A stretch of 64,000 nt of DNA, from IMG/VR virus record IMGVR_UViG_3300032328_000860, positions 32,001 through 96,000 of that record; one strand, written 5' to 3'. The notes beneath the pieces are model-generated. The model had not been told where the DNA came from. It made no database searches and saw only the letters and a list, made by a program, of their open reading frames with translations. The DNA is from a virus (lineage: Duplodnaviria > Caudoviricetes). The position numbers were made by a program, and so were the translations under genes. Below, one piece after another: positions 31,218-41,485 of the stretch; the first letter of the stretch is position 1, and each line of letters opens with the position of its first letter.

Positions 31218-32567
31218 TTATTTTATAATAACAGGACTATAGGACCCAACACAATCTGTACATGTTAATGTTACCAGATTAGATAAATACTCATTATCTG
31301 AACCGACAATTTTGGCCACCGCTTGCAATACTATAGATGGTTTATATTGGTCAAATTTATATAAACTATTATCTAGTACATATGGAAGTACACCTTTTTG
31401 ACCACTAGGAGGGCACATACTAGAATGTTTGCAAAACATTCCGTTCATCACGGCCGTTACAGTACGTGATTGTGTAGATCCTTGTTGACGGTACTCAATA
31501 CTGTTGTTTGCTACAGAAAGTGTTTCACCAGAACTCATTATCAATTCTGGTATATATGTTATATTTTGTGTATCTGGTATAACAATAAATGGCCAATCAG
31601 ATCTCAATGCTCGTAATTCATATGTACATTCTATATTAGTTGGCAAGTTTTTTAATTTAACTATAAAAGGTGTTAGTTCTTCTGCTTCACGATCAAAAGA
31701 ATTATTTGAAGCAATAGCTGTTAGTGTAAGGTATGGGTCAACAATACAGTTGTCACATCTAACTATCATGGGATTACTGTGATAAACTGGTTCAAAAGAA
31801 GCATACGATTCAACGGACACTCGTAGTATTGCCATCATATCTTTTGACTCATCACTATTTATAAAAGTAAATTCAGATGTTACTCCGGTTGGAGTTAATA
31901 TGCTAAAAGACGAAGAGTTTCCTCCATCAATCTCTGTATATGGCAAATCGCCAATAACATTTTTAGAAAATTTAATCTTAGTTGGTATGCTTATAGTGTC
32001 TGTATTAGCAATGATAGTTCCGCTTACAGGAAAAACCGATACCGGCCAATTGCTGTACTCGTTAGTAATCGTATAGTTGTATTTGATATTTCTCCATTCA
32101 TTGGATTTTAAATTTGAAATTCTAATATCAAATTCACTAGTAGTAATATCATTATCATCATCATTAATTTTATTCAGAGATAAGAATGTTGGAATATTTA
32201 CAATAGGCTGACTTATACATTCCTGACACTCCACTAATTTTTCTTTAGAAAAAACAGCATCAGATCCATTAGTGCCTTTTTCAAAAATTTTAGCTCTGAG
32301 TATAGTGAATAAATTATTATTATTGATCATAGAACTATAATTAATATTATAGTCCATAACATCGGTATTAGAGTCAGAACAAACCGAAGCATCAGAACAA
32401 AACAGAACTTGAGCGTCTATTACTCCCGTTTTCGAAGATGCTACAAATACTCCCGATGACGGCACAACTACAATAGGCCAATTGCCTCCTAGGCTTTCTA
32501 TTTGATACTGATAGTCTAGTTTTCTAATGAGGCCTTTGTATTCTAGTTTAACGCCTGATGGTTTCAT
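31218..32567 (-). CDS. Cys-rich 'NWP' repeat protein (3 repeats), paralog of 28883-31183
   Basis: GGNWP, YSNWP and RSDWP repeats ending in CQEC, CDNC and CTDC. Confidence 0.75.
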   Translation of the reverse strand: MKPSGVKLEYKGLIRKLDYQYQIESLGGNWPIVVVPSSGVFVASSKTGVIDAQVLFCSDASVCSDSNTDVMDYNINYSSMINNNNLFTILRAKIFEKGTNGSDAVFSKEKLVECQECISQPIVNIPTFLSLNKINDDDNDITTSEFDIRISNLKSNEWRNIKYNYTITNEYSNWPVSVFPVSGTIIANTDTISIPTKIKFSKNVIGDLPYTEIDGGNSSSFSILTPTGVTSEFTFINSDESKDMMAILRVSVESYASFEPVYHSNPMIVRCDNCIVDPYLTLTAIASNNSFDREAEELTPFIVKLKNLPTNIECTYELRALRSDWPFIVIPDTQNITYIPELIMSSGETLSVANNSIEYRQQGSTQSRTVTAVMNGMFCKHSSMCPPSGQKGVLPYVLDNSLYKFDQYKPSIVLQAVAKIVGSDNEYLSNLVTLTCTDCVGSYSPVIIK

Positions 32568-32578
32568 ATTATTCCTAA

Positions 32579-33778
32579 TTAGTTGATATAACGAATGTTT
32601 ATGGGTTTACTATAAATGGTTTCTGAATTACAATCAATTTTAGTTAATGATGCCTGCAATATAACGCTATAAATGGCGGAACCTGTTAAGAACTTAGGAT
32701 AATTAGGTACAGAATAGTTAGGCACCCCATTTTGATTTGGTGGACATAGTCCTGTAGTAGGACAAAAAACTATCTTACCTCCAATAAATGGAATATCAGT
32801 AGAAGATCTCAGCTTAATAGTTCCACTAGTGGGAGCAGCAAAAACTACGGGCCAATCTGCTTTTACTACATTAATATTGTAGTTATATGTTTTTTCAATC
32901 TCCAAGTTAGTAAAGCTTAGTGAGAATGGATAGTTGGGTAAGTCGGCATTATCGTCTTCTGATTCTCTTATTTCTGTAATTTCTGGTCCTGCAATAGAAA
33001 CAGAAGCTCTTGGTAAACAATCTTTGCATTCTATCGTAAACTGATTACTTAGCACTTCTGGGCCTTCATATGAAGACGGAGAAATAGATAATTGCATAGT
33101 AATAGACTTATCATTAGAACTAGACAAAGAACATACTGGAGGAAGTTTATATGGAAGAATATTAGTATCGCAATTACCAGTGGTAGGACAAAATCCTATC
33201 GACGCATCTAATATGGTAGTAGATGATGCTGGTTTAATTATTCCAGATATATTATTGATACTGACCGGCCAGTTAGAAGACACTGTTTTAAATTCATATT
33301 TATATTCTTCATAGGGCTGAAGATTTTCAATTTTAGGAGCAAAAGTATATTTATACTGAGTAGTTAATCCTGTGCCTATAACACTACTAGGAATAACCAC
33401 AGGTAATACTCTGGCATCAGTAAATCCTAATAATAATCCTCCTATAGCAGGAATACGTAATGGAATAGCGCTGTCTTCTCTAACAATAAAGTAATATGCT
33501 GATTTTGAATCTAGTTGTGTTAAATCAGAATCTGGATGAGGAGTATAGTAGTACTGAGCATTTCCTAAAGCATCAACAATTTGTGTTCTTTGTGTCCAAA
33601 ATTTAGGTATCGTGCCATCTAATTTTTGACTACCATATATAGTATCGACAGACTGAATAAAGCGATCATATTCTACTCTCTGAGTAGATCCTGGTTGTAG
33701 AGAAGCGGGAACTTCTTTTAGTTTTAATGGCTCTTTGCCAGTATAGTATGTGATAAAAAATTGGCTATTTATAATCAT
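32579..33778 (-). CDS. 'NWP' repeat protein (2 repeats) with a distinct N-terminal domain
   Basis: SSNWP...FCPTTGNC...CKDC and KADWP...FCPTTGLC. Confidence 0.75.
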   Translation of the reverse strand: MIINSQFFITYYTGKEPLKLKEVPASLQPGSTQRVEYDRFIQSVDTIYGSQKLDGTIPKFWTQRTQIVDALGNAQYYYTPHPDSDLTQLDSKSAYYFIVREDSAIPLRIPAIGGLLLGFTDARVLPVVIPSSVIGTGLTTQYKYTFAPKIENLQPYEEYKYEFKTVSSNWPVSINNISGIIKPASSTTILDASIGFCPTTGNCDTNILPYKLPPVCSLSSSNDKSITMQLSISPSSYEGPEVLSNQFTIECKDCLPRASVSIAGPEITEIRESEDDNADLPNYPFSLSFTNLEIEKTYNYNINVVKADWPVVFAAPTSGTIKLRSSTDIPFIGGKIVFCPTTGLCPPNQNGVPNYSVPNYPKFLTGSAIYSVILQASLTKIDCNSETIYSKPINIRYIN

Positions 33779-33792
33779 AAAAAACTGATTAC

Positions 33793-33831
33793 AGCTCCCT
33801 TATAATTGAATTTATATTACTAATTACACCA
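33793..33831 (-). promoter_or_regulatory. Putative phage promoter/leader element, copy 1 (TGGTGTA-N8-TATA-N13-GGGAGCT)
   Basis: Intergenic; same layout and spacing as 60651-60689 (27/39 identical by hand count). Confidence 0.55.
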
Positions 33832-33854
33832 TTAGATCTAACCAATGGTCTTTA

Positions 33855-34763
33855 TTACGATATTGCTTGAGAAGCACACACAGAGTCCCGCATTACTCTT
33901 CCGCCCAACTTAATAATACTCACATCTGGAACAGGTATAGGGTCATTATAAGACAATAATAATGAAGAATTTTTAATTGGCAATAATATAACAGTATCTG
34001 AATTTTGGTCAATATCAAAAGGTACAAATCTAGTAATTAATTTATTGTTAGCTATATATGTCCAATTATTAGATTGGTCTAATACCAGATAAGAAGATAT
34101 CACAGATCGTTTCAATAGTGTATTTGGATCAACACATCCTGTTTGTCTAATAAACTGAAATGTGCCCGTACTACTAATATTAGTAGAAATTATAATAGCT
34201 TTATTTAGCTCAACGTCTGTAGCATTAACAATAGTGACAATATAATAATTATCGTTTATTGGTATACCAGGACCTTTAACTGTCATACCAACATCTAGTT
34301 GAGAAGTATTTCCTGATAGATTACCATTAGTAACAGTATTTAATCTAACAATTGAGCCTCCTTTTGGACCAATACTATTAGGACTATTATTAGGCAATAA
34401 AGTAGCTGATAATTCTGTAATCGACTGAGGCACACAAACAATCATTATATAATCACGATATAGAATAGTATTTAATACATCTTTTATAGTTAATCTAATT
34501 AATGTTTTAGTCTCGGCTCGGTGCAGGGATCTTATTTTAACAAAAGCTTTTGGGGCTAAATTCTGTCTACCAAAAACAACATAGGAACCATTAGAAGGTT
34601 CAAATGAAACAGTAGCAGGAGGGTCTGTGGGTAAAGATACAGGAGCATCAAAAGTTAATATATATTGATCTTTGGAAGCTATGCTGTTTCCTGACGGAAG
34701 AGTAAAGGGCAAAATAAACCCTTTTTCTCCTTCTTCTAAGCTATACGTAATAGTTTTTATCAT
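33855..34763 (-). CDS. Tail-associated structural protein
   Basis: 'TSQLDVGMTVKGPGIP...IVTIVNATDVELN' is a small beta module common in phage tail/baseplate proteins. Confidence 0.5.
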   Translation of the reverse strand: MIKTITYSLEEGEKGFILPFTLPSGNSIASKDQYILTFDAPVSLPTDPPATVSFEPSNGSYVVFGRQNLAPKAFVKIRSLHRAETKTLIRLTIKDVLNTILYRDYIMIVCVPQSITELSATLLPNNSPNSIGPKGGSIVRLNTVTNGNLSGNTSQLDVGMTVKGPGIPINDNYYIVTIVNATDVELNKAIIISTNISSTGTFQFIRQTGCVDPNTLLKRSVISSYLVLDQSNNWTYIANNKLITRFVPFDIDQNSDTVILLPIKNSSLLLSYNDPIPVPDVSIIKLGGRVMRDSVCASQAIS

Positions 34764-34778
34764 AAATTTATCTTTTCA

Positions 34779-35354
34779 TTATACATTAGTAGACAAGCAT
34801 TTTAAGATAATAATTTTTTCTAATAATCTTTTATTATCGGTTTTAGAAGACACCGCAAACTTAAAAATACTGATATCATTTTGATTATTATTTATGCTTA
34901 AATTAATAGGAACGGTTGCTTTACGCACTGTTCTAGTCTGAGGAGAGATATTGCCTCCATTAGTATTCGGAGGTATAGTCATAGAATAATCAGCGTATGT
35001 TGGGATTTGAACACTAATATCAGAAGGATTCGAATTATTTGTTAATTCTGTTAATTCAAAGGAGTATTCATGAGGATCAACTTTTAAAGGAGATACCACA
35101 AATACTAGAATTCCACCAGAACAACAAAAATTATTAATATTATCGTTAGAAATAAGAGTATTCTCATAATATAAATCTATAGTAGGCAAAGGATCAAAAC
35201 AAATTTTTTGACCGATAAATTCTATAATAGATCCGTCTGTAATTTTAGTATATAATTTACCAGTTACGCTATTCATAATCAATTCTCCAACCTCTAATTG
35301 ATCAGGACTAGGGAATCCGGTTCCTGTAGAATCTCTTTTTAATAGTAGCTTCAT
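34779..35354 (-). CDS. Short tail-fibre-like protein
   Basis: Start re-assigned to ATG 35354 (ATGA overlap, AGGAG upstream). 'LLLKRDST...PSPDQLEVGELIMNSVTGKLYTK' is a typical trimeric fibre N-terminal attachment motif. Confidence 0.65.
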   Translation of the reverse strand: MKLLLKRDSTGTGFPSPDQLEVGELIMNSVTGKLYTKITDGSIIEFIGQKICFDPLPTIDLYYENTLISNDNINNFCCSGGILVFVVSPLKVDPHEYSFELTELTNNSNPSDISVQIPTYADYSMTIPPNTNGGNISPQTRTVRKATVPINLSINNNQNDISIFKFAVSSKTDNKRLLEKIIILKCLSTNV

Positions 35355-37867
35355 AATTGACATACTCCTGTGAATAGTACTGATCCAAAGTCCCAATTGC
35401 TTAATACGTCATTACGTTTATCTTCTTCTTTTTTCTCTTCTTCTGGATCAACTTCTATAATAATATTACTAGATGATTTTAGATAAGCAAATGCTCCTTG
35501 ACCATTATTATTCCATGCAGATACTCTATAATAATAATCTAAAGTAGAAACTGATCCAGTTATCAATTCTCCAACTTCTGTGATTAGGGCGTTTGGTTCA
35601 TTATACCAGTACCAAGTATTTCCGTTATCAATTGATTCCTCTATAGTATATCCTAGTATAATTCCGTCTGATCCTGCTTGTGGCTGTTGCCATGTTAGTT
35701 GGATATTAGAAAATTCTGTTTCATCGAACGCCCTACTAGCCAAAAAGTTCGGCGGAGCTTTAGGAACAGAACTTCCTACAATGATTACACTAGAAGGATC
35801 AGAATAATTGCCAACACCAACCGTATTTTGTGCGGCAATTCTGAATCTATATTCTACTAGTGGCGATAAGCCTGTAATTGTTGCAGATAGCGTAGTTGGG
35901 GAGGCTGAATATACGCCATATAGGTTATTAGGTATGTCTGTCCAAGACTCTCCGTTATTTATAGAAAACTGTATTAGATATGCTATAACTTTTTCTCCAC
36001 CATCTGATGTTGGGGCTGACCAGACTATAGAAGCTTCTCCGTTGCCTATGCCGTTTTGATGACCCGGATCTAGTCGAACGTTCGTGGGCTTACCCGATAC
36101 AGTAGCATTTGTTTTTGGTATTCTTGAAACAATTTTGCCCGATCTGTCTAATGTTAATAAGGCATTAGCAATATATTCTCCCTGATTATTGTCTAATGGC
36201 TTAGGTCTCAAATACATAGCATCAGCAATAATACCTTTACTATATAATACAGAATTGATAGTCACATCTGCATAATGGCTTATATATCCCGTACCAACAA
36301 CACCAGTGCCCGATGGTATAGAATCAATAATATATGGATTATTAGTATTAATAGTTATTTTAGCATTAGTGTCGAAACCCCATCCTGTAGGAGTAACTCT
36401 GGATCTATCGATATACTTGCTAAATATAACACCAGAAGCAATAGAACCACTCACAGCATTAGGAGTATTAGCATGAATCCTCAAAGCAGGAATAAGTCCG
36501 GAAGGAGTATTGGTTTCATCAAGATCAAAAATACTATCATAATTATTAAATGGAGTTTTGGTTTCTCCGTATATAATAAAATCAATATTTTCACCTAATT
36601 TATTAAATGATGTATTAACATTTGGTCTAATACTAATAGTATTCATAGTACTAGGCTTAAATGTAAATACTGGACTTTCTTCTGGATTAGCAGGAACTGT
36701 TGCAGGATCATTTGGATTCACACAATTAAATCTATATTTAGCGTCTTTACCAAGCTGCATATCTAAATATGCTCCGCGATTGACTGACCAAGCATAACCA
36801 TTACCAAAACCGATAGGAGATCCGGTATTATTACTTCCGGACCATGTTGCATTAATAGGATTCGTAGGACATAGTTTAACGGCCAGACCCTCTTGGAGAG
36901 GTCCTAATGGATCATAAGGATCTTTAAATTGTACTGATTCATACAAAAACTTTATAGGAGTGGTAATATCTGGGTCGGTATCATCTGCAATATATCTAAT
37001 TTGTACGGCAAACTTGACATATCCAATACGTCTGTCGTCATCTCTTAAGATTTCAATTGTATCTTTACCATCGCCCAATTCAATATCTAATTTTTCAATC
37101 GTTGGGGCATCCACCCAATCTTGAGACCAGTCAGGTTTATTTAGATAAAATATCATAGTGTTATTATCTTGATCAAATTTTACTGGTCTCTTAGGATACC
37201 TATTCCACAATACTCCGTCAGCTTTAAGATATGGGGCTGGTCTCCATTCTGCGGGCTCATCTTTGCCCATATGTGTTAGGATACTATCTTTATAACCTGC
37301 TAAATTAGGATATATTTGTATTTTTTGCTTAAAAATAGCAGTACTGTCTACTTCTACTTTTGCAGGAATAGTTATTGCGGACTCTCCTGATCCGAATACT
37401 GTTGCGGGAATGAACTGTAATGGAGTAAAAACAGACAAAGCCTTAGAGTCTCCTGATGGTATTCCTAATGCTCCGAAGGGCTGAGAAGGCATAGTTAATT
37501 TATTAATACTAGTATCATATGTTAATAAATTTCCTGGTATACCAGCTATATTTTCATCATCAACTTTATATGCAATAGCTCCATTAGGACCTGAATATAA
37601 AGGAACTACGTTTCCACTATAATCTATTCTATGATAACGAATAGCATGCGCATCATGAGCACGAACACCACTAATATCCACTGGACCCGCACTAATTAGT
37701 CGAATGCCAGAACCACCAACTAACCACATAATACCGCTAGCAGACAGTTGTACGTTTTTATCTCCTAAAATATTAAAGTATTTACCGTCAACCTTTTTGT
37801 TACCTGTGTTGATTTGGACGCCGTCCCAATCTTCGGGACCAAGTATTGTATACCATTCATTACTCAT
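35351..37867 (-). CDS. Tail fibre-like protein with two C-terminal fibronectin type III domains
   Basis: 'IVWSAPTSDGG..V.AY.IQ...ITGLSPLVEYRFRIAAQNTVGVG.YS' and a second FN3 'LTWQQP...YYYRVSAWNNNGQG' (~35480-36100). Confidence 0.75.
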   Translation of the reverse strand: MSNEWYTILGPEDWDGVQINTGNKKVDGKYFNILGDKNVQLSASGIMWLVGGSGIRLISAGPVDISGVRAHDAHAIRYHRIDYSGNVVPLYSGPNGAIAYKVDDENIAGIPGNLLTYDTSINKLTMPSQPFGALGIPSGDSKALSVFTPLQFIPATVFGSGESAITIPAKVEVDSTAIFKQKIQIYPNLAGYKDSILTHMGKDEPAEWRPAPYLKADGVLWNRYPKRPVKFDQDNNTMIFYLNKPDWSQDWVDAPTIEKLDIELGDGKDTIEILRDDDRRIGYVKFAVQIRYIADDTDPDITTPIKFLYESVQFKDPYDPLGPLQEGLAVKLCPTNPINATWSGSNNTGSPIGFGNGYAWSVNRGAYLDMQLGKDAKYRFNCVNPNDPATVPANPEESPVFTFKPSTMNTISIRPNVNTSFNKLGENIDFIIYGETKTPFNNYDSIFDLDETNTPSGLIPALRIHANTPNAVSGSIASGVIFSKYIDRSRVTPTGWGFDTNAKITINTNNPYIIDSIPSGTGVVGTGYISHYADVTINSVLYSKGIIADAMYLRPKPLDNNQGEYIANALLTLDRSGKIVSRIPKTNATVSGKPTNVRLDPGHQNGIGNGEASIVWSAPTSDGGEKVIAYLIQFSINNGESWTDIPNNLYGVYSASPTTLSATITGLSPLVEYRFRIAAQNTVGVGNYSDPSSVIIVGSSVPKAPPNFLASRAFDETEFSNIQLTWQQPQAGSDGIILGYTIEESIDNGNTWYWYNEPNALITEVGELITGSVSTLDYYYRVSAWNNNGQGAFAYLKSSSNIIIEVDPEEEKKEEDKRNDVLSNWDFGSVLFTGVCQL

Positions 37868-37879
37868 AATTATTTCCTA

Positions 37880-40800
37880 TTAATTAAACCATGTTGGACC
37901 ATTGTTAGGATTATCACACCACCAAGGAGTATTATTACTATCAATTAAATCTTGATCGGAACATAAAGCAAGAACGTCTTGATCTAATCTTAGGGGCTTA
38001 GCGTTAAATGAACAGCCATCTGATACACAGCTCACATGGTCTTCATAAACAATAGCATTGGGATTATTCCATTGTGGTTGTAAATTGGTTCTCGCCACCA
38101 CAATAGTGCCGGTAGAAGCGACCTCAACCTGACCTGTTGTCTCCTCTTCTGTTGGTTGTGTTATCTTTGTAAATTTTCTTGGAGATCTGATAGTACCGTC
38201 GCCAACTATGATATGATCCACATATAACCATCCGCTAACACTTAAATTAGCAAATAAAGAAGTCGGCTGCTTTGAAGTATCTTCTATGCCTGATGCTACT
38301 AAAAAGGGTTCGTTTCTTTTAACTGTTACCGCAGATGTTCCTCTTGTAGACAAAGTATCTACCGGAGAATAATAAGCAGCTTTATGCCATTCATTAAGAT
38401 TTGGTAACCAATATTTTCTATATGAAGTTTTAACTATATTATATGATAAATCTCCAATATATAGTATATTATATGCGCCAATGTCAAGATTATAATCTAT
38501 ATTCTCTTCTAATAAGTTTAAATTAGCTCCATTATGCAACCAATTAATAAATCTAATACAACTAATATAACTAACAAATAGAACTGGTTTATTGTTCATC
38601 GTCGGTTTTGTAGTATACACATACTCATTATTATCATCTTGAACTCTGACTATGCCACCCTGAATAGCTGAGGCCATTCGGGCATCATATAATCCTCTAT
38701 CATTAACTTGTGCAACAGCATTTAAAAATATACAATATTGACGATTAGTTATTTCGTGTCTGCCTATTCTGTATGTATTAGGCACAACACCCAAATCATT
38801 AATAATAACCGGAGAATATGAGTCATTAAGCTTAAGATATGTTGTAGAATCATCCTGCTTATTTTGAGGGTCAGAAATATTAACAAAAGACAATCCCAAA
38901 CTGTTAGCACTAGTAATCGTAGATGAATCGGTAATATTAAATAAAGACGCAATTCTAAAACCAACATAATTATACCCTGATCCTCTAACCAATGATTCTA
39001 TGTGTTTAAGACCACTAGAGCCTATTGGTGATGATCCTACGGCAGATATTGGAGTGATATATGAACCACCACAAACAAATTCTTGAATGTCTCTAGATTC
39101 TATCACAGATGGTTTTTCCACCCATTCTGAAGCATTACCGTTTTGATCATAAGTACCGTAATAAGAAGGCCTACCATTAGAACCAACATCAGATACTATA
39201 CCGCTAAATAAATTAGTATTATTACTACTATAATTAAAATTAGCAGAAGAAAAGGTGTTGGATAAGCCTATGCCGCTAGAATTTATTAGTATAGGAAAAA
39301 CATCGGATTCTGTGGTAGCAAAAGGGGCGTATTCTCCAGACTGAAAACTTAATCTTCCAACATTAGCCTTAATATTAAGAGCTGGCTGAGAATCAATACC
39401 ATATACCGTAAAATCAATATCTTTTCGCCTGTTATTAAAAACAGTATTAGTTAATGGTCGTATGCTTAGAATATTTTGACTAGCATCCGAAGCAATTCCA
39501 TTGTCTACTTTTTTGCTCATAGACAAAAACCCGGCCTGTGTAATAGACAAGACCGTAACTTCTGCCACAGTATTTTGCGTAACGATTTGATCTAATAATA
39601 ATCCAGTAATTTGATCAGTTGCAGAGTCTACTTCTACTATTGTACGATAAAAATTTCCATCATAAGATGAAATAACTACTTGATCTCCAACAACAAATTC
39701 TGTAGACGGTACAGGGTTGTTGAATGTTATTTGCCTTAAACATACCGAGGCTAATTTAGGGGTATATTTATTCCAAATAATATCTTCTTCTGTTAAGAAG
39801 TAGTCGTCTAAATTATAGATGCCTGTAATAGCGCCATTTGCGGCTGTGGTTAAAAACCTATTAGCAGGAATCGGCAGTGATATGGTGCCTAGATTATTAG
39901 CTGATAAAGTATTACTGCCTACTATTTGATTATTAGCATCTACTATTAATATGCTGCTTGGGGCTATATTTGGTACTACCATAGTAGTAGATTGAATATT
40001 TGCTGATGATATTGAATTAGCTATTAATGATCCTGGTATATTAGTATTAGATTGACCACTACCAATAGAGATATTCGATCCTTGAAGAGAAATAGAATTA
40101 CTACTAACTGTTGTTAAGCTTGATCCTAAATTAATAGAACTAGATGAATTGTTTAATTGAACTAAATTAGTACTATTGTTTATAGATAAATTAATACCGC
40201 TATAACCGACTTTAACACTACTAGGATCGGCCGCAAATATATTAATATCTGTATTATTAGATCGTACATTTATATCTAAAGCGCCTTTTGGACTGTTAAG
40301 ATCTACAGCCCTGGCTTCTAAAGATACATAGTCTGTTTTATTATTATTGCTGTCTTTAGCTGATAAGTTTATTTGTCCTACAACACTATTAGGTAGTATA
40401 GTTGATGACGGCTTATGATATAAGGTCATATTAGCTGGGTGACAACTATTACGATTTTCTAATCTAAAACCTTCTTGACAAATGTTATTAACAACATGGA
40501 AAATAGTTGATGGTCTAGCACCAGAAGGTATATTAATGCCTAATCTACCATCATAGGCAAAAAATAGATTTCTATTGCCACTACCATAAACTATAAAATC
40601 TCCATTGCTTTTACTGTTATTAAATATGGTATTACCAGATGAGGGAAGTATAATATTTGCATCAGAAATACTGTCGCTGCCAATAAGCATACGATCATTT
40701 AACGAATCCCAATAAGCTTCTGATCCTAATAAATCATTACCACTTTTATATTGTAAAGACTGGTCATCTCCTTGAGGGTTGCTCATGGTTTGCAAAACGG

Positions 40801-41455
40801 TTTCAGAGCCGTCAAATGACGACTGTGTTCCAACTATAATATTCGACTCTGTCTTATGATCTACAACTATCCATTGTTTACCATCACTAGCAATCTTTAT
40901 ATATTCATTAAGTGTCAAATTTGCTACAACACTATTATCAGAATCTCTAACCAATAGATGATGATTACCTGATCCTATAACTTTACATTCTACTACAATA
41001 TTAGACGCTACAGAAGCAGATGGTAACGATAAATTAATATCTTGATTGGTGCAGTCTGCTAGGTAGAGTGACTTGACCGAATTAGCTTTATAATCTTTAT
41101 CTAGTACAATAGTATTGTGTATAGAGGCGTCAAAAATTTGTTGATTAGCAAATAAATAAAATTCATTTTTATCTGATGTATTATTAAAGTTTACAGGAGC
41201 ATTATTATTAGAACTATAAGCTATCTTGACTCTGGTAACAACTATCTCTCCTTCGTTATTAAAACATACCTCTCCCACGCCCGTTTCTATCTGTTGATTT
41301 TGCACATTACGGGCTAGATAAGGAATATAATATCCTATGTGATTAGAAGATAAGTAATTAAACCCATTAATAATGGCATGCTTACTAAAGTTATTGTCTT
41401 TAGTTACAAACGTAAAACCAATATTATCAAAGATTTTTGTGATTTTATTATTCAT
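37880..41455 (-). CDS. Tail fibre protein with C-terminal permuted FGE-sulfatase domain
   Basis: Fibre-like 'ETGVG', 'INLSLPSA' and 'GRLGIN' motifs; FGE motifs ~38365-39250; immediately downstream of the TMP. Confidence 0.7.
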   Translation of the reverse strand: MNNKITKIFDNIGFTFVTKDNNFSKHAIINGFNYLSSNHIGYYIPYLARNVQNQQIETGVGEVCFNNEGEIVVTRVKIAYSSNNNAPVNFNNTSDKNEFYLFANQQIFDASIHNTIVLDKDYKANSVKSLYLADCTNQDINLSLPSASVASNIVVECKVIGSGNHHLLVRDSDNSVVANLTLNEYIKIASDGKQWIVVDHKTESNIIVGTQSSFDGSETVLQTMSNPQGDDQSLQYKSGNDLLGSEAYWDSLNDRMLIGSDSISDANIILPSSGNTIFNNSKSNGDFIVYGSGNRNLFFAYDGRLGINIPSGARPSTIFHVVNNICQEGFRLENRNSCHPANMTLYHKPSSTILPNSVVGQINLSAKDSNNNKTDYVSLEARAVDLNSPKGALDINVRSNNTDINIFAADPSSVKVGYSGINLSINNSTNLVQLNNSSSSINLGSSLTTVSSNSISLQGSNISIGSGQSNTNIPGSLIANSISSANIQSTTMVVPNIAPSSILIVDANNQIVGSNTLSANNLGTISLPIPANRFLTTAANGAITGIYNLDDYFLTEEDIIWNKYTPKLASVCLRQITFNNPVPSTEFVVGDQVVISSYDGNFYRTIVEVDSATDQITGLLLDQIVTQNTVAEVTVLSITQAGFLSMSKKVDNGIASDASQNILSIRPLTNTVFNNRRKDIDFTVYGIDSQPALNIKANVGRLSFQSGEYAPFATTESDVFPILINSSGIGLSNTFSSANFNYSSNNTNLFSGIVSDVGSNGRPSYYGTYDQNGNASEWVEKPSVIESRDIQEFVCGGSYITPISAVGSSPIGSSGLKHIESLVRGSGYNYVGFRIASLFNITDSSTITSANSLGLSFVNISDPQNKQDDSTTYLKLNDSYSPVIINDLGVVPNTYRIGRHEITNRQYCIFLNAVAQVNDRGLYDARMASAIQGGIVRVQDDNNEYVYTTKPTMNNKPVLFVSYISCIRFINWLHNGANLNLLEENIDYNLDIGAYNILYIGDLSYNIVKTSYRKYWLPNLNEWHKAAYYSPVDTLSTRGTSAVTVKRNEPFLVASGIEDTSKQPTSLFANLSVSGWLYVDHIIVGDGTIRSPRKFTKITQPTEEETTGQVEVASTGTIVVARTNLQPQWNNPNAIVYEDHVSCVSDGCSFNAKPLRLDQDVLALCSDQDLIDSNNTPWWCDNPNNGPTWFN

Positions 41456-41485
41456 AATAATTTATTCTTGCCTTTAAAAGTATTA

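Noticed and set aside
22925-41455. Diversity-generating retroelement targeting the FGE/CLec domains
   Set aside because: No reverse transcriptase and no near-identical TR/VR pair noticed in this window; cannot be excluded elsewhere in the genome.
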